A DNA stretch of 64,000 nucleotides from positions 10,540,001-10,604,000 of the forward strand of contig CM022672.1 of NCBI GenBank assembly GCA_012295275.1, read 5' to 3'. This DNA is from Chrysomallon squamiferum (lineage: Eukaryota > Animalia > Mollusca). A program made the translations under genes and the position numbers. Below, piece by piece: positions 41,396 to 56,696 of this stretch. The notes under the pieces were generated by a model. That model did no database searches. It was not told the origin of the DNA and worked only from the letters and a program-made list of their open reading frames with translations. Within the stretch, counting starts at the first letter, position 1, and the number at the start of each line of letters is the position of its first letter.

Positions 41396-44300
41396 CATAA
41401 GCATATGTTCAGTTAACATGCATTCTATTTCAACCAGTTACTAACTAAAAATTGCTGTTTGTTTCTTATTACAAAAATGAACAGAGATTAAAATATACAA
41501 TAGCTTTTCTCTGTCATTGCCTTTAATATCCTTACACATATAACTGTATGAAGTGAAACAAGCACAGACTACAGAAATGTATGGCCTGCATCATGAAGTA
41601 AAGATTTCTTTCTTTTTACTTTTTATTTTTATTTTAACCAGAAATAATCAGAAAAAATCTACTCTAGAATGTTCTAGGTTAAGCCATTTTTGGCATATTT
41701 CTACTGAACTTTATTTTTCAAACAGAACAAACAAAATCTCTCAAAGTATGAAAAAAAATAATAATAAAAAAAATAAGTTAACAAAGAGGGCAACAAACTG
41801 CTAAGATTCTGAAACTGATTAAAACGTCATCTGTTTTTTGTTTGCTTAATTAGTGTGTCTGGATGTCACCACATGCTTTTCAGGTGCATTTCCAGGTAAC
41901 TAGTCAATCATCTTTTCTTTTTTCTTTTGTTTTTACCTCTAGTTACACTCTGACACCCACATGAAACGAATTTAAAACACAGGAAAGTAATTCAGTATCT
42001 TTTAATTAAATGTTCAACTCTTTCATTCTTGGTGCAAAACATTTTTATTTTCAGTGGAAAAACTTTTATTTTATTTTTAGTGAAAAACTCGTTTTATTTC
42101 TGAGGAAAACGTTTTTAACCACAAGTGAAAAAAACATTTCGCTTCTCAGTGTGTAACTCTTTTATTCCCATTAATCAACTCTATTATTCTCAGTTAAAAC
42201 TTCTAATTCTCAATAACTCTTTTATCTTCAGTGAAAAAAATTCTTTGGAAAACTGTTTTCTGTTCTTATTGAAAATTCTTTTATGCTATTCTCAGTTGAA
42301 ACTCTTTTTTTTATTATTTTGAAGCAACTTTTTTTATTTTGAATGAAAAACTCTTTTATTACACTGAATTTTCTTTTTTATTCCCAGTGAAAATCTTTGC
42401 TGACACATCTCTGTGCAACAGTACATTACTTTTTATTTTATTTTTTTTTTTTTTAAGTAATAATCAAAAAATTTGTTTCCAATTTCATAGCAAAACAAAC
42501 CAAAAAAAATATTCTGTTAATTTATTTTCTTAAAGGTGACCTTATTTAATGAATCCAAAAAGAGAAGAAAAAAAAAAAAATCTCTATCTTTTGAAGTTTA
42601 TTTTGATTTTTTGTTTATATAAAAACTTAATCTTAATTATTTTCTTTTATTATTATTTTTTTTACTACATCTGCAACAATTGCTATTAAAATCCAAAAAC
42701 ATATTTTAGGAATCAATATTAAAAGCCAAAACGTATTATTGAATTATAAAACATTAAAATAGTAGTAATCATTTAGAAAGATATTTCTTCATTTTTAAAT
42801 TTAAGGTTTTTGTTTTTTTTAATTTAAAAGTTAAAAATCATACACAAACAAATAAGCTGAATTTTAATTATAAACATGTTTGGTTAAAAAAAAAAAAAAT
42901 CTTAAAGTTTAAATAAAAACTTGCTTCAAGAGAAAATAGATGAAGTGGCTTGTAACAAGATGTAAATAGTGCTAAAAATAATATAAAAACAGTAATGTTT
43001 TTCAAAGCTTACAAATGTATATGTATGTATAGATGTCTTTGTGTGTTTTTGTATATCTATGTATCATTCATCTATGTATGTATGTGTATGCTTGTGTATA
43101 TGTGTGAATGTATGTAAGTATGTATGTATGTATGTAGGGATGGATGGATGGATCAGTAGCCTTGTTTATGCATGTGTGAATGTATGTATGTACGCATGAT
43201 AGATGTATGAATGTGTGAATGTATGTGTGTGTATATATGTGTTTATGTGTAGTTATGTATTTGTATATGGAAGGATGGATGGATGGATGAATGAGTTAAC
43301 ATATTTATGTATGTGTGTGTGTGTGTTTGTGTGTATAAGTATGTATGTATGCATGAATGTATGTACGTATGTGTGTGAATATATGTAAGTATGTTTGTAT
43401 GTATGGATGTATGTATGTATGGATGCATAATATATATATAGTATGTATACACATATACATATGGATGTATGAATGTATGTATGTATGTGTGTATGCTTGT
43501 AAATGAGTGTATGTATTCTAGATAAAATAAAAGCATAAGCTATATTAAACTTCATGTACTTGCACTGTATGTATACAGAAGAATATGTTTCTGTGTATGA
43601 TGTTAGACATTTACAGTTACCTGTGTTTGTCAGTTCACACATACTCTGAGCATGTTTATATAACTGTGTCTGTGTGTCTGTGTATATGTATATATTTGCA
43701 TGTCTGAGTATATTATATATGTCAGAATATATTATTTAACAAAGAAGATATTTCTTATAGATTCATATTCATAAATGTGCAATGTTTTTGTGCAATGTAA
43801 AATTGTCCATGTGCATAAATACATTTTTATGTGTATGTGTGCTTGTATGTGTGTTTGTATGTGTTCATAAGTGTGTGTTCGTATGTGTATTCATATATGT
43901 GTGTGCATATTCAAAAAGCTTATTATTCAAACATATTTAATATTTTTAAAATTATAAAATTTATATTTTACCTTAACCATTTAATTCTAATCCATAAAAA
44001 ACGGGGTTATCTATCAATACCCTATTCTGGTGACAAAGAAGGTAATGATGAAGACATATATGAAAAAAAAAGAGAAGCAAAATCAAGGTAGAGAGAGAGA
44101 GAGAAAAAAAATGATAAATCAATATCTTTAGCAGAAAGCTTTAGTTGTGTAGAAATAAATTAACTGTGAACAGCCAAAAGTAATCTTCTATTTATCTGTT
44201 GACATGATTTGTCGAATGTTAGCAAGTCACACCAGGAAGATGGTCTAAAATTGACACACTTTACACATCAGTTGCGGCAGATAAAAATCATAAAGTGCTG

Positions 44301-44468
44301 ACATCCACTTCGCCCCAGACTACCACTGACGTTGAAGGAAATGACGCCATTCAGCGTATATCCCAGGATTTCACCTCATATTTTCATAATCACTCCAAAT
44401 CTCATGTGGCTTGATAACAGTGCAGATAGAAATTTGAAACAAAATTAATTATTTTACTTATTTTGAAT

Positions 44469-44509
<41 letters not shown>

Positions 44510-44522
44510 ACCACACACACGT

Positions 44523-44557
<35 letters not shown>

Positions 44558-45228
44558 CACACACACACAACCATACACACACACACACAAGCACACACAC
44601 ACACAAGCACACACACACACAAGAACACACACAGCACATAAACACATACAAACACACACAACACACACAGCCACATAAACACACACACAATCACACACAA
44701 CCATACACACAAACCAAACACATACAAGAACATACACACACAAGCACACACACACACACCACACACACATTACACACACACCCACACACACACACACACA
44801 CCACACATGCACACACACACACATACACACAACCACACATGCACACACATACAAGAACATACACATACACAACCATACACACACAACCACACACAAGTAC
44901 ACACACACAAGAACACACACAACCACACACACACACACACACAACATACACACACATACAAGAACACACAGCAAACCATACACACACACACACACACACA
45001 AGAACATACACACACACACACAGAACATACACACATACAAGAACAACACACACACACACATACAAGAACATACACACACATACAAGAACATACACACACA
45101 TACACACACATACACACACACACACAAGAACATACACACACAAGATCACACACACATACAAGCACATACACAAGGACACACACACACACAAGCACACACA
45201 CACTCACACACACATACACAAACATGCA

Positions 45229-45284
<56 letters not shown>

Positions 45285-45330
45285 AGCACACACACACACA
45301 AACACACACACACTCACACACACAAACACA

Positions 45331-45369
<39 letters not shown>

Positions 45370-45390
45370 CCACACACACACACACACACT
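44469..45390. repeat. ~900-bp complex (CA)n satellite with ACAAGAAC / ACAACCA interruptions
   Basis: Direct reading; explains the His-Thr and Val-Cys ORFs in the track. Confidence 0.95.
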
Positions 45391-45876
45391 TATATAAGCA
45401 GTAAAGGTGAAGCATAAATAATACATGGTTAGTGTGGTGAAATGCCATTAATGAAGTATATGTTTTCTTACACCAGGAAGAACTCTGTGACTCATGTTGC
45501 TAAAACAACAAGTTAATGAAATAATGCGGTATTGTAATGAACATGAAGGAATAGCTGCTGTACACAAGTATTAGTATGCACACACAACAAATAACACAGG
45601 AAAAGAAAATGCATGACTAAAACTGAATATATTGAAAAAAAAAAAACATTAACGAAAATGTCAGAAATATTATTTTACATTTTTTTTTTTCAGTAATTTT
45701 TCCAAAAGAGTTTTAGATATAATTTCTGTTTAAGATAATTCATGTCTGTGAAAAAGAGAATATGTGTTTATCCTTTCATGTTGATATACAATGTATATGT
45801 TACATTTTATATATTAGATAAAATTATCCTAGATTGTTTGGCTACTCAACTGCATGATTATCTAAGTGGGCACACC

Positions 45877-45878
45877 AG

Positions 45879-45932
<54 letters not shown>

Positions 45933-46310
45933 TGTGTGTGTGTGTGTGTGCAAAGCATGTCTTCAGCATATGTGTGTGTGTGTGTGTGTGTATGTATGAA
46001 TGTGTGTGTGTATTTGTGTATCCTTTGTAAAAGCAGTAGTTGTTATAGGCCCATAAACTGTGTGTATATAAAGGTTTGTTTCTGTGTCTTCATATATATG
46101 TATGTATGTGAATGTGTATGTATATATATGTATGTTTGTGTGTGTGTGTGTGTGTACATGCATATGTGTGTAATTATGTATGCATGCATGTATATATGTG
46201 TGTGTATGTGTGTGCGTGTGTCATTATGTACATATGTGTGTGTGTGTGTGTTTGTGTATATAGGTATATGCATGTATGTATGTACGTGTGCATATCTGTA
46301 TGAATCTATG
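45877..46310. repeat. (TG)n / (TATG)n complex microsatellite
   Basis: Direct reading. Confidence 0.9.
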
Positions 46311-46984
46311 CACATACAATCATCAGGAATCAGTTCTTAATAATTCATTAACATAACAAGTGTGACTGTAATGAAAACTTTCACAAACACCATCACATAC
46401 ATCATCTGGAGGTGGTTATTAGACATGATACATCATTCTCAGGGCTTCCAGTTAGCCACTGCAGCAAAAACTTTCCCTCAGGCCTGATCCGTCACATCCA
46501 GGAAAATGATGTTGTTCCTAAACATAGGGATATGAAAACTGATTTCTGAGGACTAATATTAAGCAATTATTGTGTTTTATTTTTCTCTTTTTTATATCAG
46601 TGTCTAGATTAAAATAAATACAGGAGTTTAAGATTGATAATATCACTGTATAGTTTCTCCTGATAACATAATTATGATGTCAAAATAAATATGCTTGTAG
46701 ATGCTTGTTGAAAACACCTATAATGACTGAGTTTGTATTATATTACAATCTATGATGACTTTTTTATTTATTTAGTTAGTATTATTATTATTATTGTTAT
46801 TTTTATTATTATTATTATGAGTAGTAGTAGTAGCAGTAGTAGTAGTAGTAGTAGTGGCAGTAGTAGAAGTAGTAGTAGTATGGGAGAAGATAGAAAAATA
46901 ATATAAAATGTTTTCTTTAATACTTGATATATTTTTCAATCCACTGTTACATGGAATCCTGGAAATTATTAAAAACCACATAGA

Positions 46985-47180
46985 TAATGAAAAAGGAACA
47001 ATGTTGTTGTAAAGCAGAGGATAACTTTTTACAGCTGCAGCAAGGTATCTTTTTGGGTACAGTCAGAAAGCACAAAGCTGGATTTTTAATAAACTAGTTC
47101 TGAGACATGTTCAAATGAAACAGTCTATGAAACAACCATGAGAAGACTTGATCCAGTGACCTTTCATATTTCTAATCAAT
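46985..47180 (-). mobile_element. Highly decayed SINE remnant
   Basis: AGCTGCAGCAAGGTATCTTTT...TTGATCCAGTGACC resembles the other minus-strand copies. Confidence 0.4.
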
Positions 47181-47210
47181 ATTTTATAAATCAAATTTAA
47201 AATTATTTTG

Positions 47211-47241
<31 letters not shown>

Positions 47242-48739
47242 TTTGTAGAAATTAGATTATTTTTCTCCATTATCTTTCAAGATGCTCTTAAACCATGAAG
47301 ACTAACTTGATATAAAAAATTTAAGATTTGAGACAAAAGTGTAAAATAAATAAATAAATAAATTATTATTTATTTAGTCATTAGCCCTCATTTATTTACA
47401 AAATAGAAATTTTTGGTTTTCAAATGATGAAAGACTTGCTGTTTTCTGTCAGCTCAAAAAATATGATTATGTCATTTTCAAGGTGCCAAGAAACCATTTT
47501 TCACTTTTGAAATGCATTAAATTATACAGTTAATAATTTTCATTGTCAAATATGACTTTTAAAAACTTGAAAAAGATACAAACCATTATGAAGAAAACAT
47601 TCAGATGATTTCAGCAGCGTCAGTAATCAATATGCATCACTTTCTAAATAAAGTGATATGTAAAAGAAATAATGTGAATTATACACTGACTCAGGCTTTA
47701 TATATGTTTTGCTTCCTTTAACAAAAAAGTTAAAAAAGAAAAAAAAGTCGTAGTATTACAAAATAAACGAAAAATATATTTTTTTCAAAACTAGATAAAA
47801 TACAGACTAAAAAAGTACAAAAATGTCAAAGAAATATATAAGAAACTTCAGTTCATTTGCCTCAAAGGTGGAGTTTTATTTTTAGAGCTTATATGTTGCC
47901 AGTGCAAAATATCTATACAGGCAGAGTCGCAAATTAACAATTTTGTATGTGTGTATGTGGTTGTTTCATCATAAACAACATATTTCTAAAAATATAAGTT
48001 TGAAAATTCAGCTTGTTTTCCATTTTTTATAATTAATATTTGTTTGAGTTGAGTTAAAAGTAAAATAAAAAAAGTGAAATTGATTTTTCTCTACTGCATA
48101 TGGGGACATGCATTTTTAATGTGTTGCATATATGTGTGTATATATATTTATATATTTATGTGTATGTGTATTTATTTCATGCATTTTAAAACAGTGCATT
48201 GTTTGATAGTGTATCTGTCTTTCTTTCTGTCTATCTGTCTGGTTATCTTTATTTTTCTGACTTTCTGCATAATTATACAAATGGCACACAGACACACACA
48301 TATATATACATAATATATACATCTACAGACACATACACACACAAACATATATACTCACAGAAATTATCATACATACATTTATTTTTTTCAGGTTTTTAAT
48401 ATAGATATCTGTTTGTTTATGTATGTATATATAAAAATGTAGATCTTTTCCTTTTGGGTATCAATAAAATAATTTATTTACGAAAATCAATATTCGGTGA
48501 CAGTGATGGCTTCTAAAGTTCTGCATTTGAGCTTAGAATTCCCCAAATGAATATATTTCAGATTATTATCTAATGAAATGGACTACACACTGAATAAACA
48601 TTAATTTCCTCTTTGTAATAAAACCAAAATAAAAAATAAATGATCAAACTATTTTTGCAAAATCAATAAAAATGTTTTGATCTGAAACAGATTTGTTTTG
48701 TGAATTCTTTTCACTGCATTATTATTATTATTATTATTA

Positions 48740-48795
<56 letters not shown>

Positions 48796-49094
48796 GTTTT
48801 AAATTTCATAATATTTTAATATTTTCATCAGTTATTGTATAATAGCTACTTGATTATTCATTATGATGTTAATTTTATTTGAAAGATGAAATTAATATTT
48901 ATTCAGCATTGAATGCATTTAATTAAATAACAAATTTTTGGTGTGTAAAAAGTAATTATTATCATACCTGTAGACTAAAACAGGTATCAGTCAGGAAGTC
49001 TGTATGATAAATAATTTATTTACATTAATAACATATTTATATTTATGTATATATAATAAACCACTGAAGGCTTGTGATTTCTAAACATGTTCAG

Positions 49095-50085
49095 AGACTT
49101 TTGTAATATGTATCACTATACACAGGTTGCTCATTTCTAAAGTTTCTGATATATTTTGTAATGCATATCACTATCTATACACTAGTTACTGATATATTTG
49201 TAATGCATATCACTATCTATACACTAGTTACTGATATATTTTGTAATGCATATCACTATCCATACACTAGTTACTGATATATTTGTAATGCATATCACTA
49301 TCTATACACTAGTTACTGATATATTTGTAATACGTATCACTATCTATACACTAGTTACTGATATATTTGTAATGCATATCACTATCTATACACTAGTTAC
49401 TGATATATTTTATAATAGATATCACTATCTATACACTAGTTACTGATATATTTGTAATACGTATCACTATCTATACACTAGTTACTGATATAATTTGTAA
49501 TACATATCACTATCTATACACTATTTACTGATATATTTGTAATACGTATCACTATCTATACACTAGTTACTGATATATTTGTAATTCGTATCACTATCTA
49601 TACACTAGTTACTGATATATTTGTAATGCATATCACTATCTATACACTAGTTACTGATATATTTGTAATACATATCACTATCTATACACTATTTACTGAT
49701 ATATTTTGTAATATGTATCACTATCTATTCACTAGTTACTGATATATTTGTAATACGTATCACTATCTATACACTAGTTACTGATATATTTTGTAATAAG
49801 TATCACTATCTATACACTATTTACTGATATATTTGTAATGCATATCACTATCTATACACTAGTTATTGATATATTTGTAATACGTATCACTATCTATTCA
49901 CTAGTTACTGATATATTTGTAATGCATATCACTATCTATACACCAGTTGCTGATAGATTCTGATATATTTTGTAACAGATATCACTATCTACAGACTGAT
50001 ATCTGCAGTTTGTGATAAATTTTGTAATACACATCACTCTCTCTCTACACTGGCTGACAGATTCTGTAACATGTATCACTCTCTA
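49095..50085. repeat. 42-bp minisatellite, ~20 copies (TGATATATTTGTAATGCATATCACTATCTATACACTAGTTAC)
   Basis: Homogeneous core with degenerate edge units; the overlapping ORF shows 14-aa periodicity. Confidence 0.95.
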
Positions 50086-50374
50086 CGAAATGACTGCTGA
50101 TTTCCAAACTTTTGTTATTTATTCCTTTTTCCTCCTGTGAATTCTGATAGCTTATTTGCTAAGTGTTTCCACAGAACACATGCTTTCTGGCTGGCCACAC
50201 TTGTCAGGCTGTGTTGTAATGAAAGTGATAGAGTCTGAGTTTTATCAGGAGTATTGATCTGGAGGCTTCCCAACACCAGGCCAGCTCTGAATAGCAATCA
50301 GACATTTTATTTCTCTATTATCCACTCTGTATTGTTTAAAACTGAGAATATTTTAATGTGATTGACCTATGTTT

Positions 50375-50895
50375 TGTACTTTATTGATCTACACTTTATT
50401 GTACTATACTGTACTGTACTGTACTGTATTATACTTTGCTATACTACACTTTGCTGTACTTTAGTACACTATACTGTACTTTAGTGTACTATACTGTACT
50501 GTACTGTACTGTACTATACTTTGCTGTACTACACTTTATTGTACTTTAGTGTACTATACTGTACTATACTTCATTGTACTTTAGTGTACTATACTGTACT
50601 GTACTATACTTTACTATACTGTATTCTACTATACATCACTGTACTATACTGTTCTGTACTATACTGTACTGTACTATACTGTACTGTACCATACTGTACT
50701 GTTCTATACTGTACTGTACTGTACTATACATTACTGTAGTATTCTTTACAGTACACTGCTTTACTGTACTATACTGTACTGTACTATACTATACTGTAAT
50801 GTACTATACTATACTGTAATGTACTATACTTTACTATACAATACTGCACTGTACTGTACTATCCTTTACTGTACTACTGTGCTGTACTATACTTT
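50375..50895. repeat. Pentanucleotide (GTACT/ATACT)n microsatellite
   Basis: Direct reading. Confidence 0.95.
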
Positions 50896-52164
50896 GTTCA
50901 TATCTCAATGTTGGTTTTATTTTAATGTAGTTTTGTAAAGTACAGTTATTTGGTATCATATTTTTGTTATTTATAAAATGAATAAAACCTATCTGTAGGG
51001 TTAATTCACCCAGAATCCCTCTCTCTCTAACAGATACACATAAACATACATACACAGATAGACACACGTATATACAGACACATAGACAAATACAAACATA
51101 CACATAATACTTTTATAAATGCACATATAAAACACACAGATCACATAAACACACACATGTATACATAACACAGACACATTAATGTATATAAAGTCATAAT
51201 GTGTAGTATTTAAATACTGACAGACATATTTATACATACAGAGATATTTACTGAGTGAAATTTATCTGCAAACAACTCACAGCCTCACATTCATTCACAT
51301 TCTCTGTCTTTCTTTTTATCTCTTTATCTCCCCATCTATCTCTCTCTATCTTTCTGACATACACATACAAACACACACACACACACATGCACATGCAGAT
51401 GCACATATGCACACAGTCACATCTACACATGTGCACACACTCACACACACAACACTCACATACTTACATGCACACACACACACTCACACACATACAGACA
51501 CATGAATCTGAATCAGGAACCTGACACACATCTGTCTAAGAGCCAGTACTGTCTCAAGACATCAATCACATCATCAACCGACGTGTAAAAACTTTAAATG
51601 TCACCACACAGTTGCCTAAACCGACTACTATCACAGTAAGGTGAAAATAATCCATACTGACAATCAGTGGCTGCTTCAGGCAGGTCTACTAAAACCAATA
51701 TTTGCTTCATGGATCCCCATTATTCAGTGATCTTCTCACTGGCAGCAAAGCCAAATGCAGGGTCTGTTTTTTCTCTTCTGGGACTAATTTTAACCACACC
51801 CTGGGGAATCTGTCATCAGCGGTACTGACACACCCAGGTATGGATATATTTACACACTCGAGAACAAAAAATATTTACTCATTGAATGTTACTAGAGCAT
51901 GCTGTTAAACCAATGAATGGAAAGGGTACTGTTTTATCAACACCTTTACACACATTATTAACTGTTACTGACAAAGATATATATATATATATATATATAT
52001 ATTTTTTTATATATGTATATAATGTTGTGAGAATCACCATTCTCTTTACCCCTACAGGATGTTCTTACTGATTAAAAACACAAAATCTCCAAAAACATAC
52101 TATTTTTTTTTTTACTACTTAATAGACCAAGAAGAGAGCTATGGTAATAATGGGAACTCATCAA

Positions 52165-52485
52165 TATAGTGTAATACATGCATAGTATTAGAGGACTGTA
52201 TAGTGTAGTATAGGTATAGTGTAATACATATATAGTAGTGTAGTATAGTTTAGTGTAGTATAGTTTAGTGTTGTAGAGTACAGTGTATTATCACAGTGTA
52301 GTGTAGTTTATATCAGAGTGTAGTACTGTGTAGGACAGTGTAGTATAGTACAGTATTGTAGAGTACAGTTTATTATAACAGTGAAGTATAGTGTATAACA
52401 GTGTAGTAATGTTTGGAACAGTGTATTATAAAATATAGTGTTGTAGAGTACATTTTATTATCACAATGTAGCACAGTGTATAACA
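52165..52485. repeat. Degenerate (AGTAT/AGTGT/AGTAC)n pentanucleotide array, inverted relative to 50375-50895
   Basis: Direct reading. Confidence 0.8.
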
Positions 52486-53334
52486 GAGAGCACTACTCTT
52501 TAGAACAGATTGGTAAAATTTGGACTTGAAAATAAATTAAAAACAAATAATAATCTCTCTCTCTCTCTCTCTTGACAGAAGAAAATTGTTAAATAACTCA
52601 TTTTACATGTGTATGTTGCGTAGAAATGTGTTTCTGCTACGAAAATCTGAACCAGCTAAAGTAAGAACAAATGTAATTACATTACTGTTTACAGAGAAAT
52701 AATTAGTTTAAGTCACAACACTAATCTTATTATTAGATTTCACTGCACCAGAGAGAAAATAATTATTAAATGTGTCTTGAACCTTAGGAGGATTGTTTTT
52801 CACAGTATCGTTGATTAATTTTGTTTTGGTGCACATCCAGAGTGAGACATTCAGTATTTCGAAATCAAATCATTTATTTCCATTAGTGTAAAGATTATCC
52901 TTTATATGCCTTATTTACATAAGTATATGCTTTTGATACTTTTGTAAGGAGCTGCTTGGAATGGGAAATAGACTCAATATAATATGAATGAGTGAATATG
53001 AATATGAATATGAATATTAAAAAATATGAATGTATGACTATATATCTGAATAGATTATTATGAGTCCACTCCATCAAAGACAGAGACTGAAAAATTAAGA
53101 AAAAAAATAAAGAAATAAAGTGAGACACAGACAGAGAGAGAGAAGAAAAGAGAGACACAAAGACAAAAATGGAGTGAGAAAAGGGAAGTACAGTTTGCCA
53201 TTATACATTTTCCTGATTCCATACCCCAAAATAAAGCATCAGAATCTCCAAAGAAAAAAATATCCACAAAAATTAACCATGAAAACAAAATTTCATTCAC
53301 TTGCAACTCCTTTTTTTTTTTTTTTTTTTAATTT

Positions 53335-53480
53335 TCAGCATTTTAACTGGCAGGAAAACACATACCACATTCTTTATTTTATCATTCTTGCAGCACTGTC
53401 TAGAATGACAAAAAAAAAAAAAAAAAAATAAATTCCAAAGAGGAGGATTGATCCAGATACCAATCATGACTCATACATTA
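53335..53480 (-). mobile_element. Decayed SINE remnant (5' half)
   Basis: CAGGAAAACACATACCACATTCTTT...GCAGCACTGTCTAGAATG...GGATTGATCC is the reverse complement of the core seen at ~2100. Confidence 0.5.
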
Positions 53481-53780
53481 AAAAAAAAAAAAATTACCAC
53501 AGAGATGCAGAGAGGGCCCCCAGTGACAGAACTGATCCCATGACCTGCTGTTCTTCACACCAGAACTTTACCAGAAACACAGCAGCCAAAACAGATTGGA
53601 TAACAAACACACAAATCAAGGCTACTGACAACTCTGCATCTTAACACAAGAAGCTAATCAGAATTACTGAAGCTTTGCTAATTAGATTCTTCCTGTAAGC
53701 CAAGTCTACAGAGGTTTTCTAATGAGTACAAGACAACGGAATTAATTATTTACAGTAAAACAAACTTGATTTCTTTCTTC

Positions 53781-53811
<31 letters not shown>

Positions 53812-53974
53812 CCTTGAACTTTCCAGTCATGCAACAACACAGGGAGGTGTGGTGAATGTTAATTAATAATGAAAATTAATTTATGACACCTTTTTTTATT
53901 ATTAACAATTATAAGATGTTAATCAGTTAATAGTAATGGTAATAATAAAGGATGAACATGAGTAAACACTGTGA

Positions 53975-54362
53975 TAAATATATAAATAAGAATATGAATG
54001 AATGAATACAAATATCAATATGAACATATAACCATAAACATGAATATAAATACAAATATGAACATGAATATATAACTATGAATATGAATGTAAATACAAA
54101 TATAAATATGAATGAATGAATATAAGTATGAATACGAATGCAAATATAAATATAAAAAGAATATGAATATATGACTATAAATATGAATATGAATGAATAT
54201 AAATATAAATATGAATGAAAATAAATAAGAATGTAAATGAATATAAATATGTATAAGAATGAATGTAAATATAAATTTTAATGTGAATGAGTATAAATAT
54301 GAATACTAATATGAATATGAATATGAATGAATATAAATATGAATGTGAATGAATGAATATAA
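53975..54362. repeat. Hexanucleotide (ATGAAT/ATAAAT)n array
   Basis: Direct reading. Confidence 0.9.
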
Positions 54363-54989
54363 ACAAAATACAGATGAAAAAAAGTTTCAAAATGCTATAT
54401 CACTTATTTTACACACACTATACCAATCACAGTATAATACACTAAATAACGACACATGAACTCATAAAACTAAAGAGAATTTGATTTTGATTTTTACACC
54501 AATCACAGGGTTATCAGTAATTACACTGGATCCTGCTATTTTGAAAAGGGCAAGAAGCCAATATAGACACCCATACCTCTTAGAAACACATCAAGAAATC
54601 TGTCAGAACTTGTCGCAGTAATAAGCCACCAATTACACATTCTACACCAAAACGACCCTATCAGCCACTTCATATTGTGATCTCCAGATGCTTTCATTAG
54701 GACTCAATAATGACCGTCATAAAGTGCCCTTCTGTTCACACTGAATCGCTGTTTCATACATATTCTGTAAGAACTGAATGGATTTTTTTTTTTTTTTTTT
54801 TTTTTTATCCATTATGGATATAGGAGAAATATCTGTTTGAAAACAGTCAGTGTCAAGTTTGGAAATAAACAACTGATAAAAAAATATTTTAAAAAAGTTA
54901 TAGATCGTATGTAAAATCAAAAAAAGATATTTTAAAAATGATAATCATCCTGCTTAACTGCATTTAATGGATTTGTAGATAATTTGCCG

Positions 54990-55330
54990 TAAAGAATTAG
55001 TAACAGAGATTTAAACTGGATTTACAGACCACTTACTGTAACAAATTAATAAAAAGGGATACTGCATGAAACAGATCAATAACATAGCAGAGAATTAGTA
55101 AAATCAATTTTGTATAAACTGGATCTGTAGCACACTACAGACAAATTACTGTAAAGAATAACAAGGATACAAACTGGATCAATAACATAATTATAGAGAG
55201 GTTGTTGTAAAAAATTAATACAGATATTTTGTATAAACTGGATCTATAAGGAAACATTAAATAGATAAGATACTGGTTTTTTCTGTAGACTTGATCCATA
55301 ACAAAATACAGATCAGAAAGAATTAATAAC
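54990..55330. repeat. Degenerate tandem array
   Basis: Recurring AAACTGGATC, TTTTGTATAAACTGGATCT and GATCAATAACATA. Confidence 0.65.
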
Positions 55331-55574
55331 AATATTCTGTATCTATAATATAATACAGAGAAGTTATATATCTGCAAGGAAGTAATAATATGGAATTACT
55401 TATTTCTGGAAATGCCTAATTCTGAATTATATGTAGAGAATAATTAAGAACTTTTTATTATAAGCAACAACTGGAAATAAATAAAAGATACTTATACAAT
55501 GTGAATGTGCATCAGTAATCAAAACTAGAATTAATTTCAGTGATTAATTTTTTTTATCTTTTATGTTGCATCTA

Positions 55575-55616
<42 letters not shown>

Positions 55617-56489
55617 AATAATTTTAAAAAATAAAGGTTAAGAATGACATACCAATACAAAATTACTAGAAAATAATTTATATTTTAAATGTATTTTTTT
55701 TCATTGCACATTAAAAAACAGCAGGAACATGACTGAATGGTTAACAGAGGCAAATGAATTCAGTAGAAATAACAGTAATAAAATTTAAAAAAACTAATAC
55801 AAATCCATAAACACAATGACATAAACTTTAAATATAAACTATAATCCACAAAAAAACAAGTATTTCACAGTACACTATTATTTTTATTATTATTTTAAAT
55901 TATTATTATCATCACAACTTTTTTTCTTAACATAATTTTTCAAAACTGAGATTAAAGTATCATGAACCATATTCTAGGATCTCTTCCACCTTTAAAAATG
56001 TCTTTCATCAGAGATTATTTGTCTTTTTTCTGCAAAGGTTACAGATTTGACCCTTCTTACCCACTCCACTGATCTAAATACCCCGTCCACCCTTGCTATC
56101 AGGTTGTAAAGTAAGCTCTGTCTGGGTTTTTTAATACAACAAAACCCACGATATCTGATTTATTTAATCACTAATAGAGTCAACATTCTTCTCTGTGTTC
56201 TCTTTCCACTGAGCTTTCTAAAGCCATGTTCCTAAAATACCTTAAGTTTAATCGGATGCTTACTTTTAAAAAAAAATTGACAGAACTTTTGTTAAAATCT
56301 GATAATGTTATCCTTTCCTTCCTATAAGCACAAACAAATACAAATCTGCTACTGTCAGTGTGTGAATGCCTTGTAAATCCACTTGGCAGTTTTCATTTTC
56401 TGATCATCATACTAATCAGGTTTATATTTAATAGAAGTATGCAAATAAAAATCTGCAGCTGTCAGTGGTTATGAACAGTTCAGACTCTG

Positions 56490-56662
56490 AGGAAACTAAG
56501 AAAATTAGTGTTTAACAACACACTCAGCATATTTTATGTGCTGTTATCATGGACTTGGACATAATCGTGATTAAGGACAACAACAACAAGAGCAGGAACT
56601 TGCTGTTGTCACTTCATGAGGTACTCTTTCTGATTAGCAATAATAATAATAATAATAATAAC

Positions 56663-56696
<34 letters not shown>

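Noticed and set aside
44402-46340. Long HT/VC ORFs of up to 316 aa
   Set aside because: (CA)n/(TG)n repeats simply lack stop codons.
54575-54700. 40-codon minus-strand ORF ending at G|gtatgg
   Set aside because: It ends in phase 1, incompatible with exon 2, and has no recognisable similarity.
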